Of a stretch of DNA of 51,414 nt, positions 1 through 8,721 are shown piece after piece; position 1 is the stretch's first letter, and every line of letters starts with the position of its first letter. The stretch covers positions 1 to 51,414 of the forward strand of contig JAKQHW010000011.1 in NCBI GenBank assembly GCA_029557835.1, in the 5' to 3' direction. Under the pieces are notes generated by a model. That model did not search any database, had not been told where the DNA came from, and was given only the letters and a program-made list of their open reading frames with translations. The stretch is from Candidatus Micrarchaeota archaeon (GTDB lineage Archaea; Micrarchaeota; Micrarchaeia; Anstonellales; Bilamarchaeaceae). The translations under genes were made by a program, and so were the position numbers.

Positions 1-468
1 ACCATAAGGTCCGCGGTTCCGCTGCGCAGGTTTTGTAGCCGCCTCGGGGAGTATGCGGGGCAGAGGATTGCGCTGGTGTTCGGGAGGGAAGGGATAGGGC
101 TGAATGAGAAGGAGATAGGGGTGTGCGACATCCTGGTGCACGCGGAAGCGGACCGGAGGTATCCCATCCTCAACATAAGCCATGCGATGGCGGTGGTGCT
201 CTATTCGGTGAGGGCGGGGGGCGGAAAGTCCGGGAAATGCGCGGAGGAGAGAATCAGGGGGGCGGAAAGGCGGGCGCTCACGCATATGTTTAATAAGATG
301 GCGGGGAGATATAGGGTGCGTAATCCGGGGAGGTGCCGGGCGGCCTTTGCAAGGGTGCTCGGAAGGGCGAACCCGACGATGGCGGAGGGGCAGTGCCTTC
401 TCAACGTCTTCCGGCTTGTGCTAGAAGAGCTGGGTGGTAAGGATGGCAAGGAAAATCACGCTCAATGA
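1..468 (+). CDS. TrmJ/SpoU-family tRNA/rRNA 2'-O-methyltransferase (5'-truncated by window edge)
   Basis: Frame open from base 1; SPOUT motifs IALVFGREGIGL and YPILNISHAMAVVLY. Confidence 0.85.
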   Translation, partial: TIRSAVPLRRFCSRLGEYAGQRIALVFGREGIGLNEKEIGVCDILVHAEADRRYPILNISHAMAVVLYSVRAGGGKSGKCAEERIRGAERRALTHMFNKMAGRYRVRNPGRCRAAFARVLGRANPTMAEGQCLLNVFRLVLEELGGKDGKENHAQ

Positions 469-1651
469 AATGATATCCCTCACTTTCGACGCGAATCCGC
501 AGATAAGGAAGCAGGCCGCGGCAGAGCTGGCGAGGTACGACGACCCGGCGGCGAATTTCGCGCTCCTGGAGCTCACATACGACAAGGATTCCAGCGTGAG
601 CTCGCTTGCGAGGAAGCTTCTGGACGACAGGAAGGCGTCCCAGCCCGAGCTGATGTCCTTCGCCGAGGTCTTCAGGAACGGGGCGGAGGAAAAAGAGGAG
701 GGGAAGAAGAGCGTGGAGGAGGAGCGCAAGGCGGAGACCGCAAGGGAGAAGATGCTGAGGCCGATCCAGCAGCTCATGGAGAGGAAGCTGGGGAAGGAGA
801 AGGCCAACGCGATGAGAAGCAGGATGATGCCCACGATAGAGAAGATATATATGAAAACCATGGGCAAGAACGGCCAGGTGAACGAGCAGAAGGGGAAGGC
901 CGTGCAGGAGATGCTTACCGATTACCTGGACGTGATCTCAGGGGCGGAGACGCATGTGATAACGGATGAGGGGGAGGGGAAGGCTCCCAGCCCGGAGATG
1001 CCGGATGGGGGGCCGGAGGAAGCGCCCGGGGAGGAGCTGCAGCCGGAACCGCATGGGGAGCTGGGGCTGCAGAGCGTAGGGACCAAGGAGCTGGACATGG
1101 GCAGGGCGGCGATAGAGCTGGAGGAGATTTCAAGCGAGCCTGAGACCCCGGATGCAATTGAGGCGCAGGAGGTGAGGGAAAGCAGGGAAGAGAGGGGGAG
1201 CGTTTTCCGGCTTGCGTACGAAACGATGATGGCGTCCGAAGGCGACGAGGACGTAATGAAGAGGGCGATGCAAAACATGCTCAGGAGCGCGGAGGAGGAG
1301 ATAAAGCTCGCGTTCAGGGTGGCCAAGGAAAGGCACAAGCAGATGAACATCACCCACCTCACGGAGCTGAAAAGCGGCATGAGGAACATAACCACCGTGC
1401 CCCTCGCCGTGAAGGCGGTGGAGCAGAGGGAGTACCAGAAGAGCAAGAAGGTGAAGGACAACTTCACGAGGCTGGTTGTGGCGGACGATGAGGGGAGCGA
1501 AGGGGTAATCTACTTATTCGACAACAGGGGCGCCCTGGTGAGGGAGGGGATGCGCATAAAGATAGAGAAGGGGTACGCGAAGACCTTCGGGTTCTCGGGC
1601 GAGACGGCGCTTTCCATAACGAAGAAGGGGAGCGCTCATATAATCCTTTGA
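443..1651 (+). CDS. Hypothetical protein: N-terminal HEAT-like repeat, acidic linker, C-terminal SSB/RPA-like OB fold
   Basis: DANPQIRKQAAAELA...DKDSSVSSLA is HEAT-like; C-terminus LKSGMRNI...LVVADDEG...LFD...EGMRIKIEKGY resembles an OB fold; ATG at 443. Confidence 0.6.
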   Translation: MARKITLNEMISLTFDANPQIRKQAAAELARYDDPAANFALLELTYDKDSSVSSLARKLLDDRKASQPELMSFAEVFRNGAEEKEEGKKSVEEERKAETAREKMLRPIQQLMERKLGKEKANAMRSRMMPTIEKIYMKTMGKNGQVNEQKGKAVQEMLTDYLDVISGAETHVITDEGEGKAPSPEMPDGGPEEAPGEELQPEPHGELGLQSVGTKELDMGRAAIELEEISSEPETPDAIEAQEVRESREERGSVFRLAYETMMASEGDEDVMKRAMQNMLRSAEEEIKLAFRVAKERHKQMNITHLTELKSGMRNITTVPLAVKAVEQREYQKSKKVKDNFTRLVVADDEGSEGVIYLFDNRGALVREGMRIKIEKGYAKTFGFSGETALSITKKGSAHIIL

Positions 1652-1838
1652 TGGTTCAAAGGAATGTGCTAAGTGCGCGCAAAGGGCTACAAAGCGAAGT
1701 GGAGGGGGGTCAGAATGACCGGTAAAAATGGGGGGGTTCGGTCGACGCCCCGTTGCAGGGAATTGCAGCGAAGAGGGGTGGAGAGCGAATTAGCTTCCCC
1801 CGCGTTTTCTCGAGGGGAGCGCTCACATAATCCTCTGA
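1626..1838 (+). mobile_element. Small non-coding insertion (1652-1812, repeat-family copy A) flanked by 26-bp direct repeats
   Basis: AGGGGAGCGCTCATATAATCCTTTGA (1626-1651) vs AGGGGAGCGCTCACATAATCCTCTGA (1813-1838), 24/26 identical; insert is homologous to 27455-27540 and 35862-35993. Confidence 0.7.
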
Positions 1839-2422
1839 GCGCTTATGCAGTAGAGGATTTCGAAAAAGAACGGCCTCTGCTCAAGGATTGATGCCGAGAA
1901 GCCCTGCGATTGGAGGGAGGAAAGCGTTTTTTCGGGCGAGTTGAGCGAGCTCTGGATGAGGATTAGCGTGCCGCGGGGCGCAAGGTGGGCCTGGAATTCG
2001 TTTAGGAAACGGCCCAGGGTTTCCCTTCCGTCCTCCCCGCCGTCGAATGCGCGGTTGAGGGGGCCGCTTATGCGCTCCTCGGCGGAGGTCGGGAGATAGG
2101 GCGGGTTGAACAGGATTGCGTCGAATTTCCCCCTTATGTTGGAGAAAAGGTCAGATTGGACGAACAGGATGTTCCGGGCGCCGTTGGATTCCGCGTTCTT
2201 CCTGGCGCACTCGAGGGCCGTGGGGCTTGTGTCCGTTGCGAAGACCGGGTTTGAAGGGTTGGTTTTTGCATTGAGGATTGCGGCGAGGCCCGAGCCGGTG
2301 CCGATTTCGAGTATTTTGCCCTTTAAATTGCGGGAGTGGAAGGCCAGCAGCTCGGAATCCTCCGCAGGCTCGTATACATCGGAAGTGACGGATACGGAAA
2401 CACCCAGGAACTCATGGCTCAT
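1823..2422 (-). CDS. HemK2/MTQ2-family methyltransferase (release-factor Gln methyltransferase)
   Basis: VYEPAEDS, LEIGTGSG SAM motif, FNPPYLP, DGGEDGR. Confidence 0.9.
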   Translation of the reverse strand: MSHEFLGVSVSVTSDVYEPAEDSELLAFHSRNLKGKILEIGTGSGLAAILNAKTNPSNPVFATDTSPTALECARKNAESNGARNILFVQSDLFSNIRGKFDAILFNPPYLPTSAEERISGPLNRAFDGGEDGRETLGRFLNEFQAHLAPRGTLILIQSSLNSPEKTLSSLQSQGFSASILEQRPFFFEILYCISAQRIM

Positions 2423-3870
2423 TATCCTGTTTCACCGTTGCCTGCGCAGGGCCTTGGCCTGGCCATAAAATCTTGCCTGAACTGCTCCAGCCTGGACATG
2501 AAATCCTCGCACTGCCCTTGAAGGTGTGAGCATAGCGCCTTCAGCTGGGGGTCGTCGAAATGGATGCTCCCTATGGAGGCGAGGTCAATGCTGAGGATGG
2601 GCCTATCGTCCCTTATGAGGTGGACGCGGCGGTTCCCCTGGTCGAAGGACGTCCTGTAGGGGCTGAACTGGTCGTCGCGCCTGCACCCCACCACGCGGAA
2701 CACCTTCTCGCTCGCGGCAAGGCCGGGAGGGAGGTAACTTTCCATAGGCAGTATGGTGTATTCCCGGAAAATCGAGCGGAGATGGCCGAGGTAGTCTTTT
2801 CCGTCGTCGGGGAGGCCTATCTCGAGCCAGCCGAGCATGAGGAGATGTTTCGGGTCGGCGCCATAGACGTTTATCTGGCCGAAGCGCGGGGCGTGCACCC
2901 CCTCCAGCCCCTGCCTCACCAGCACCTCCCGCGGAGGGCACCTGGAGACCCAGCTGTCCGGGGCGCTGGCGATCGCGTCGCGGGGCACCTCGAAGCCCAG
3001 CTCGTTCTCTATGTAGCCGACGAGCCAGTCAATGTCCTCGCTTGCGAGCATGCGAGAGAGCACGGCCATTGTGTTGTTCACTATGAGGCGGGCGTTCCTC
3101 TGCCGCTTCTCCGGCCGGACGTTCTTGAGGGTGTGCAGGTTGTCGAGGTTGTCCGCAGACTTTATCACCCAGGCGCTCGTGTTCCCTGATACGTAATAGA
3201 GGCGGCGGTAGTAGCTGTATCCCCTCCTGTCGTACATGGAACGCTCGTAGCTGTCCTGCGTTGGGTAATAGGATTCTGAATCCGGGTATATCCATTCCTT
3301 TCCGTCCCATTTGGGCTTGGTGAGCCACAATACCATATCTGAGACGGGCGCCCCGAAATTCTCCCGTATCTCCTCAAGGCGTACCCCGAAATCCTCGATG
3401 GAGTCGTGGAGCATCGCCGCGGTGACCTGCTGCTGGTCCTCCTGCCTGCCCCTGCCAACCACCGCAATGCGGTATGCGACGCGCATGGCGTGCTGCATGT
3501 AGGCGGAGCCGTCGTCCCTCACAAATATGGAACCGGTTCTTGGGTTTGGGCGGGTGCGATGGAGAAGGGACAGGAATTCGTGGGCGGCTTCCAGCCGCTT
3601 TATCTGGCCCATGCCGAGGCTGCCATGCCTGGCGAATTCCCGCACAATCTGTTCCATGGAAACGTCATCAGGAGGGTGGAAAAAGCTGGTTGGCACGCGC
3701 TTGGCCGTGCATATCCCCTCAAAAAGGAGGGGTGCGCGGGACAGCCCGGAGGCCCCATCGGAAACTGTGGTGCCCAGCTGGCGCAAGCCGCGGGCTGGGG
3801 TGTCCCTTTCGCACAAGAGGTCGAGCTGCGTGCCCCTCATCGGGGGCGTCGGTTTCCTGTCTGGAGGCAT
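2422..3870 (-). CDS. HD-domain protein, RelA/SpoT hydrolase (Mesh1)-like, with long unknown C-terminal extension
   Basis: R-DDGSAYMQH, AAMLHDSIED, VLWLTK, IKSADNLDNL motifs. Confidence 0.7.
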   Translation of the reverse strand: MPPDRKPTPPMRGTQLDLLCERDTPARGLRQLGTTVSDGASGLSRAPLLFEGICTAKRVPTSFFHPPDDVSMEQIVREFARHGSLGMGQIKRLEAAHEFLSLLHRTRPNPRTGSIFVRDDGSAYMQHAMRVAYRIAVVGRGRQEDQQQVTAAMLHDSIEDFGVRLEEIRENFGAPVSDMVLWLTKPKWDGKEWIYPDSESYYPTQDSYERSMYDRRGYSYYRRLYYVSGNTSAWVIKSADNLDNLHTLKNVRPEKRQRNARLIVNNTMAVLSRMLASEDIDWLVGYIENELGFEVPRDAIASAPDSWVSRCPPREVLVRQGLEGVHAPRFGQINVYGADPKHLLMLGWLEIGLPDDGKDYLGHLRSIFREYTILPMESYLPPGLAASEKVFRVVGCRRDDQFSPYRTSFDQGNRRVHLIRDDRPILSIDLASIGSIHFDDPQLKALCSHLQGQCEDFMSRLEQFRQDFMARPRPCAGNGETG

Positions 3871-3966
3871 AATAATGGTAAATAGGCGCAGAAAAAGTAT
3901 TTAAACGTTGGGTTTTGTGGGAAAGTGAATGTTTGGGAATACATAAATGAAGGTTTTTTGCACTTG

Positions 3967-4401
3967 CTAGCGGATGACCAGCTGCTTCCCCTTCTTTTTC
4001 TGCCCTGATTTTATCCTCATGCGTATCTCAAGGACGCCGTTCTCGTATTTCGCCCTGGCGGAAGAGGGGTCCACCTCCTCGGGGAGGGCAAGCTCGCGGG
4101 AAAATGCGGAGAGGAGGCGCTCCTTCCTGTAGAAGCCCTTCCCCTTCTCCCCCTTCTCTTCCTTCCTCCCGCCCGAGATGCGCACGCGGTTGTCGTGCAG
4201 GTCCACCCGGATGTCCTCCTTGCTGAGGCCGGGCATCTCCACCGAGAGGACCAGCTCGTTCCTCTCCTTCCTGAGGTCGGCGGGCGGGGTGCGTGCCCCG
4301 GCGGTGAAGAAATCGAACTCTTTTCCGAAAAGGTCAGGGAACTCCCAGTAAAGCCGCTTCCGCATCCTCTTCAGCTTCTCGTATGGGTCCGGGACGAACA
4401 T
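3967..4401 (-). CDS. Hsp20/alpha-crystallin small heat-shock protein
   Basis: EMPGLSKEDI, FSRELALPEEVD, AKYENGVLEI. Confidence 0.92.
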   Translation of the reverse strand: MFVPDPYEKLKRMRKRLYWEFPDLFGKEFDFFTAGARTPPADLRKERNELVLSVEMPGLSKEDIRVDLHDNRVRISGGRKEEKGEKGKGFYRKERLLSAFSRELALPEEVDPSSARAKYENGVLEIRMRIKSGQKKKGKQLVIR

Positions 4402-4617
4402 CTACTGGTCAACCCTCTCCGCGACCCCGAAGGTCCTCTTGAGGGAGGTTATCTTCACCTTCAGGGTTTCGCCTTTCTGCGCGTTCGGGACGAATATCAC
4501 GAAGCCGTTCAGCTTCGCCATCCCGTCGCCTTTTCCGCCAACCGACTCGATGGTGACTTCCAGCACGTCGCCCTCTTTGACGGGCTTTGGAAGGTCTATT
4601 CCCTTGCTCTCTTCCAC
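4402..4617 (-). CDS. Single TRAM-domain RNA-binding protein
   Basis: PVKEGDVLEVTIESVGGKGDGMAKLNGFVIFVP. Confidence 0.9.
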   Translation of the reverse strand: MEESKGIDLPKPVKEGDVLEVTIESVGGKGDGMAKLNGFVIFVPNAQKGETLKVKITSLKRTFGVAERVDQ

Positions 4618-4690
4618 TTGCTCACCCGCTTTTTGGATGGGAAGCTAAAAATTAAATAGATATGCGGAGGACTAGGACTGGGCGATTGGC

Positions 4691-5251
4691 ATGGCAGGCA
4701 ACAAAAGGAGGAGGCCGTTCGGGTTCTTCGGTTTTGACGATGAGGGGTTCGGGTTCGGCGGCGAGTTTGAGCGCATGCGCGAGGAGATGGAGGAGATGAT
4801 GGAGAGGATGATGCAGGGCATGCCGCGTGACAGGGTGAGGCGGCTCTCGGAGATGAGGGGGCCGCAGGTTTACGGTTTTTCGGTGAGGGTCGGGCCGGAC
4901 GGGAAGCCGGTTGTGACGGAGTTCGGGAACGTTAAGAGGGAAAGGGGGCTGGAGCCCCAGGGCGAAATGGCCGGGGTGGAGGAATGCAAGGGAGCGGAGA
5001 AGGGGCAGGAAGGCGGGGAGAGGGAGCCGCTCGTGGATGTGTTCAAGGACAGGAAGGGAGTGAACGTGATTGCGGAGATGCCCGGTGTTGGCGAGAATGA
5101 AGTGCGGCTGGGCGTGAACGGGAAGGAGCTGGAGATAAGGGCTGAGGGGGCGAGGAAATACTACAGGAAGGTGGAGTTGCCCGAGGACGTCTCAAAGAAG
5201 AAGATGGAGAAGAAATACAGGAACGGGGTATTGGAGCTCGTTTTCTCCTAG
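4691..5251 (+). CDS. Archaeal Hsp20 small heat-shock protein
   Basis: YGFSVRVGPDGKP, REPLVDV, AEMPGV, YRNGVLE. Confidence 0.92.
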   Translation: MAGNKRRRPFGFFGFDDEGFGFGGEFERMREEMEEMMERMMQGMPRDRVRRLSEMRGPQVYGFSVRVGPDGKPVVTEFGNVKRERGLEPQGEMAGVEECKGAEKGQEGGEREPLVDVFKDRKGVNVIAEMPGVGENEVRLGVNGKELEIRAEGARKYYRKVELPEDVSKKKMEKKYRNGVLELVFS

Positions 5252-5556
5252 CCGGTTTCCTTGTAGGCCCATTTCCTGTATTCCTTGCTCACTTTCGAGG
5301 CAGGGATGCCCATTATCTCAGGGCAGGAGTGGGGGTGGTTCTTCTTTATGAAGGATTCCAGCTTGGGATAGGATGCCTTGCGGGCCTTTATGATGAGGAT
5401 GAACTCGCTGTCCCTGCGGATTTTTCCCTCCCACCGGTACGTCGAGCGCTCGGTGCGGATGATTGTGCAGCAGGCGGCGAGCCTTGCTTCCAGGAGCTTG
5501 GAGGACAGGGACTCGGCGGCCATGAAGGAGGGCAGGGTCGTGAACGCGATTATCAT
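5248..5556 (-). CDS. cutA: Divalent-cation tolerance protein CutA
   Basis: LLEARLAACC, STYRWEGKI, HPHSCPEI, EYRKW. Confidence 0.9.
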   Translation of the reverse strand: MIIAFTTLPSFMAAESLSSKLLEARLAACCTIIRTERSTYRWEGKIRRDSEFILIIKARKASYPKLESFIKKNHPHSCPEIMGIPASKVSKEYRKWAYKETG

Positions 5557-5858
5557 TGCAATCCCAGCTGTTTTTTTGCCGCGGGGCTCATCCTTTCCGG
5601 GGTCCAGCGGGGCTCCCAGACGAACTGCACCTGCACGGATGAGATGCCCTTTAGCTCCCTGACCTTGGACTCAACGTCGTTAACGATGTAGCCGAGGAGG
5701 GGGCAGGCGGGCGTGGTGAAGGTCATCCTTACCCTCGCTTCCCCTTTTTCCACGTCCACTCCGTAAACAAGGCCAAGGTCCACTATGCTGACGCCCAGCT
5801 CGGGGTCGAGCACTTCCCTGAGCTTTTCCATGACCTGGCTGGATGTCGGCGCGCTCAC
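5553..5858 (-). CDS. DUF59/SufT/MIP18-family Fe-S assembly protein
   Basis: VLDPELGVSIVDLGLVY, MTFTTPACP, WEPRWTPERMS; probable GTG start at 5858 overlapping the TBP stop. Confidence 0.88.
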   Translation of the reverse strand: MSAPTSSQVMEKLREVLDPELGVSIVDLGLVYGVDVEKGEARVRMTFTTPACPLLGYIVNDVESKVRELKGISSVQVQFVWEPRWTPERMSPAAKKQLGLQ

Positions 5859-6439
5859 TCCTTCACCGTTGAGAATGGCCTGAGTATCTTCTTGGCCTTG
5901 GAAAGCGCGGCCTCTATGCTTTTCTCGTCTTTGGAGCCGGCGCATATCACCTTGCCGTTCTTGAAGAGCAGGAGGGACGCCCTCGGCTCCCGGAATTTCA
6001 GGATTGCGCCCGGGAACTGCTCTGGCTCGTATTCCACGTTCTCCACTTCGGAGGCGATGGTGTACAGGTCGAGCCCCATCCCCAGGTTCGCGGAGGCGAC
6101 TATGTTGGTTATCTCGAATTCTGGCCTCTTGGTCTTCTTGATTATCTTCTTGGCATAGGGGGTGAGGAGCTTCACGGTCTTGGAGATCGTCTCCGCAATC
6201 TTCTGCTCGCTCTTGCAGCCCACGCACACTATCTTCCCGTTCTTGAAAAGCAGTATCGTCGCCTTTGGGTCGTCATATTTCAGGATTGCGCCCGGGAACT
6301 GCTCTGGCTCGTACTCGACCTGCGGTATCTTGGTCGCAATGAGGAAAAGGTCAAGCTCGAGGCCGAGGTTTGAGGACGCTACGATATTGGTAATGGTGTA
6401 ATCAATCCCTTTGAGCTTCGGAGACAAGAAATCACCCAT
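5855..6439 (-). CDS. tbp: TATA-box-binding protein
   Basis: Two repeats of ITNIVAS...EYEPEQFPGAI...LLFKNGK.C.G. Confidence 0.98.
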   Translation of the reverse strand: MGDFLSPKLKGIDYTITNIVASSNLGLELDLFLIATKIPQVEYEPEQFPGAILKYDDPKATILLFKNGKIVCVGCKSEQKIAETISKTVKLLTPYAKKIIKKTKRPEFEITNIVASANLGMGLDLYTIASEVENVEYEPEQFPGAILKFREPRASLLLFKNGKVICAGSKDEKSIEAALSKAKKILRPFSTVKE

Positions 6440-6559
6440 TTAAATATCCGGCAGCAACATTTATAAAGGGGTGCAAGAATATCCATAATCACGGATTCTG
6501 CCTTAACCAGTAGTGGCAGGCTTATAAATCCAAAAGCGGAAAACAAAAAAGGTGGGAAT

Positions 6560-6835
6560 GTGGCAAAGAATTCCAAGGGAATCATGGTCAGGAGGACCAA
6601 AAGGTTCAAGAAGGAGAGGAAGCTCACGGTCACCGACCGCGTGAAGACGTTCAGCAAGGGCGACAAGGTGGTGATATCGCTGCAGCCGTCCTTCACAGGG
6701 TTCCCGGCCCCGAGGTACGACGGGAGGCACGGGACCATTGTGGAAGGGAGGGGCAAATCATATGTGGTCGAGATAAGGGACATGAAGGCGAAGAAGCAGC
6801 TCATAGTCGCCCCTGTCCACCTGAGGCGGATGTAG
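6560..6835 (+). CDS. rpl21e: 50S ribosomal protein L21e
   Basis: GDKVVI, P..RYDGRHG, K.LIVAPVHLR; conserved order with rpoF and DUF655. Confidence 0.93.
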   Translation: MAKNSKGIMVRRTKRFKKERKLTVTDRVKTFSKGDKVVISLQPSFTGFPAPRYDGRHGTIVEGRGKSYVVEIRDMKAKKQLIVAPVHLRRM

Positions 6836-7159
6836 ATGAGGATAACAAACACCAAGCCGGCGACAACCGCGGAGGTCCTCGAAATACTCAGGGAGAGGAA
6901 GGAGGCGGGCGAGGAGCTGGGATACGAGCAGGCGAACGCCCTGGAGCACGCGGAGAACTTCGCGAAATGCGAGGGCAAGAAGGCGGAGGGCATCCTGAAG
7001 AAGGTGAAGGCGGCGAGCCCGAAAATAGATGATGAGACCGCGGTGAAGATTGTAGACATCATGCCTGCGCACGAGAGCACGCTCAGGGCGGTGCTGCTCA
7101 AGAACAAGATAGAGATAAGCGATGAGGAGATGAAGGAAGTGCTCAAGGCACTGGGGTAG
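6836..7159 (+). CDS. rpoF: RNA polymerase subunit Rpo4/RpoF
   Basis: LGYEQANALEHA, AVKIVDIMP; position between rpl21e and DUF655. Confidence 0.9.
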   Translation: MRITNTKPATTAEVLEILRERKEAGEELGYEQANALEHAENFAKCEGKKAEGILKKVKAASPKIDDETAVKIVDIMPAHESTLRAVLLKNKIEISDEEMKEVLKALG

Positions 7160-7164
7160 TCGGG

Positions 7165-7716
7165 ATGGAAGATTATGCATGGGTTGTGGAATACCTCCCA
7201 AGGGGGAGGGCGGTTGGCTCGCGGCAGGAGCCGATTGTCCAGCTTGTGGGGGACCAGTTCTTCACCCTTCTCGAGGCGACGGTAAAGCCGGACGCGAACA
7301 TAACCGTGGGCAGCAGGATATTTGTGGGCAAGGGGGACCGGGCGGAAGTGGACAGGATAAAGGGCAGGATAGAGTATTCCGAGCTCACCACCGGGGCGAA
7401 GGACATCGTCCCCATAGTGGTGAGGAAAATAATAGAGGGCAGGGAGGAAATCTTCATAAAGTTCATCAACAAGGCGGGGCCCATATCCATGAGGGTGCAC
7501 CAGCTGGACCTTATCCCGGGGATAGGGAAGAAGAACATGGAGCTGATACTGAAAGAAAGGGAGAAGAAGCCATTTGAGAATTTCGCGGACCTGAAGGCGA
7601 GGGCCCCCACGGTGGGGGACCCTGCCGCGGTGTTCGTGCACAGGATAGTTTCCGAGATGGAGGGGAAGGAGAGGTACTACATCTTCGTGAAGCCTCCGCA
7701 GCGGGCGCAGTACTAG
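7165..7716 (+). CDS. DUF655 family putative RNA-binding protein
   Basis: EDYAWVVEYLP, Q.VGDQFFTLLE, HQLDLIPGIGKK helix-hairpin-helix. Confidence 0.92.
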   Translation: MEDYAWVVEYLPRGRAVGSRQEPIVQLVGDQFFTLLEATVKPDANITVGSRIFVGKGDRAEVDRIKGRIEYSELTTGAKDIVPIVVRKIIEGREEIFIKFINKAGPISMRVHQLDLIPGIGKKNMELILKEREKKPFENFADLKARAPTVGDPAAVFVHRIVSEMEGKERYYIFVKPPQRAQY

Positions 7717-7756
7717 CCCTTGTTTTTAATTCTTCAGTAATTTATTATCTATAGCC

Positions 7757-7852
7757 GAGGGGTTATGGTTACCCTAAAAGGGAAGGGGGCGATGAGGTCC
7801 CGGTGGACTTCTTCGGACATCGCAGCAGCGATGCGGAGGTCCCCCTTCCTCC
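7757..7852 (+). repeat. tRNA-associated hairpin repeat, copy B (5'-truncated)
   Basis: GGGGTTATGGTTACCCTAAAAGGGAAGGGGG...GACATCGCAGCAGCGATGC...TCCCCCTTC matches copy D. Confidence 0.8.
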
Positions 7853-7853
7853 T

Positions 7854-7925
7854 GGACCCGTGGTCCAATGGTCAAGACGCCAGCCTTACACGCTGGAGAC
7901 CCTGGTTCGATTCCGGGCGGGTCCA
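7854..7925 (+). tRNA. tRNA-Val(UAC)
   Basis: Acceptor GGACCCG/CGGGTCC-A, anticodon arm CCAGC-CTTACAC-GCTGG, T-loop TTCGATT. Confidence 0.95.
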
Positions 7926-7950
7926 CATGGTGAGAATAAGCGAGGGTGAG

Positions 7951-8721
7951 ATGGAGCTGAGGAAGGAGATTGCCTTGCACGTGGGGCAGGGCAACGCATT
8001 GCTCTCATCCATAAGGTTCTCGGAGCCGTTGCCTGCGGAGGAGGCGGAGAAACTGAAGAAGGCGTTCGCGCACTTTGATGAGGCGGAGGAGCTTAGCGAA
8101 GGGATGGAGGTTGGCGGGGCGAGGCTTTCCTCAGTTGGCGAATACGCGGACTATACGGAAATGTATGCGGGATTGTTTGGCAAATGCCTCTGGGGGGTCC
8201 CTTTCCAGGTGCGGGAGGAGGTGGTGAACGTGCTGGACTCCTATGTGGCGGATTCTTCTGAGAAGATGGAGCTGCTGTTGCGGGTCCGGGCCCTTGCCGG
8301 GAGGCAGGACGTTGGCCCGAAAGTGAGGCTGTACCTGAAATTCAAATTGTACAATGACTTTTACGAATACCTTTTCACGAGGCACAAGATGCTGCTGCTC
8401 ACGTCCAGGGATTTCGGCAGGATGGACAAGGACGGCACCGTGGGGGCTTTCCTGAACAGGGTGAAGTCCGAATGGGCGGACGAGAAATGGGTTCCGCAGT
8501 TCTCCTCGGTGTGGGGCGGCATGTACAGGAATTCCGCGGCGCATTTTGCGTTCAGGGTGGCGGAAGGCGCGATTGAGATAGAGAGGAGCGGGGAAAAGGT
8601 TCCGGAGGCGGAGCTGGACAAGTTGCTGAACAGGCTCATCATGCTTTCGATCGCTTTCGACTCGGTGGTGTACAGGCAGAAGAAGGAAGTCGTTTTCGAG
8701 AAGTACGGGGTGAGGTTATGA
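7951..8721 (+). CDS. Hypothetical protein
   Basis: ORF 7765-8721 overlaps the tRNA; realistic starts are ATG 7927 or ATG 7951 (after GAGGGTGA); stop overlaps the next start. Confidence 0.7.
   Translation: MELRKEIALHVGQGNALLSSIRFSEPLPAEEAEKLKKAFAHFDEAEELSEGMEVGGARLSSVGEYADYTEMYAGLFGKCLWGVPFQVREEVVNVLDSYVADSSEKMELLLRVRALAGRQDVGPKVRLYLKFKLYNDFYEYLFTRHKMLLLTSRDFGRMDKDGTVGAFLNRVKSEWADEKWVPQFSSVWGGMYRNSAAHFAFRVAEGAIEIERSGEKVPEAELDKLLNRLIMLSIAFDSVVYRQKKEVVFEKYGVRL

Noticed and set aside
1673..1891. Short ORFs over repeat or tRNA loci (1673-1891, 27391-27699, 35859-36122, 46979-47389)
   Set aside because: They overlap RNA genes or repeats and show no protein-like motifs.
5859..6227. Long N-terminus of ORF 5553-6227
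   Set aside because: Alternative frame inside tbp; the DUF59 domain starts at about 5858.
6017..6313. Nucleotide repeat GCCCGGGAACTGCTCTGGCTCGTA in tbp
   Set aside because: Explained by the known internal duplication of TBP.
7765..7926. N-terminal extension of ORF 7765-8721
   Set aside because: It runs through the repeat element and tRNA-Val; downstream ATGs are more plausible.
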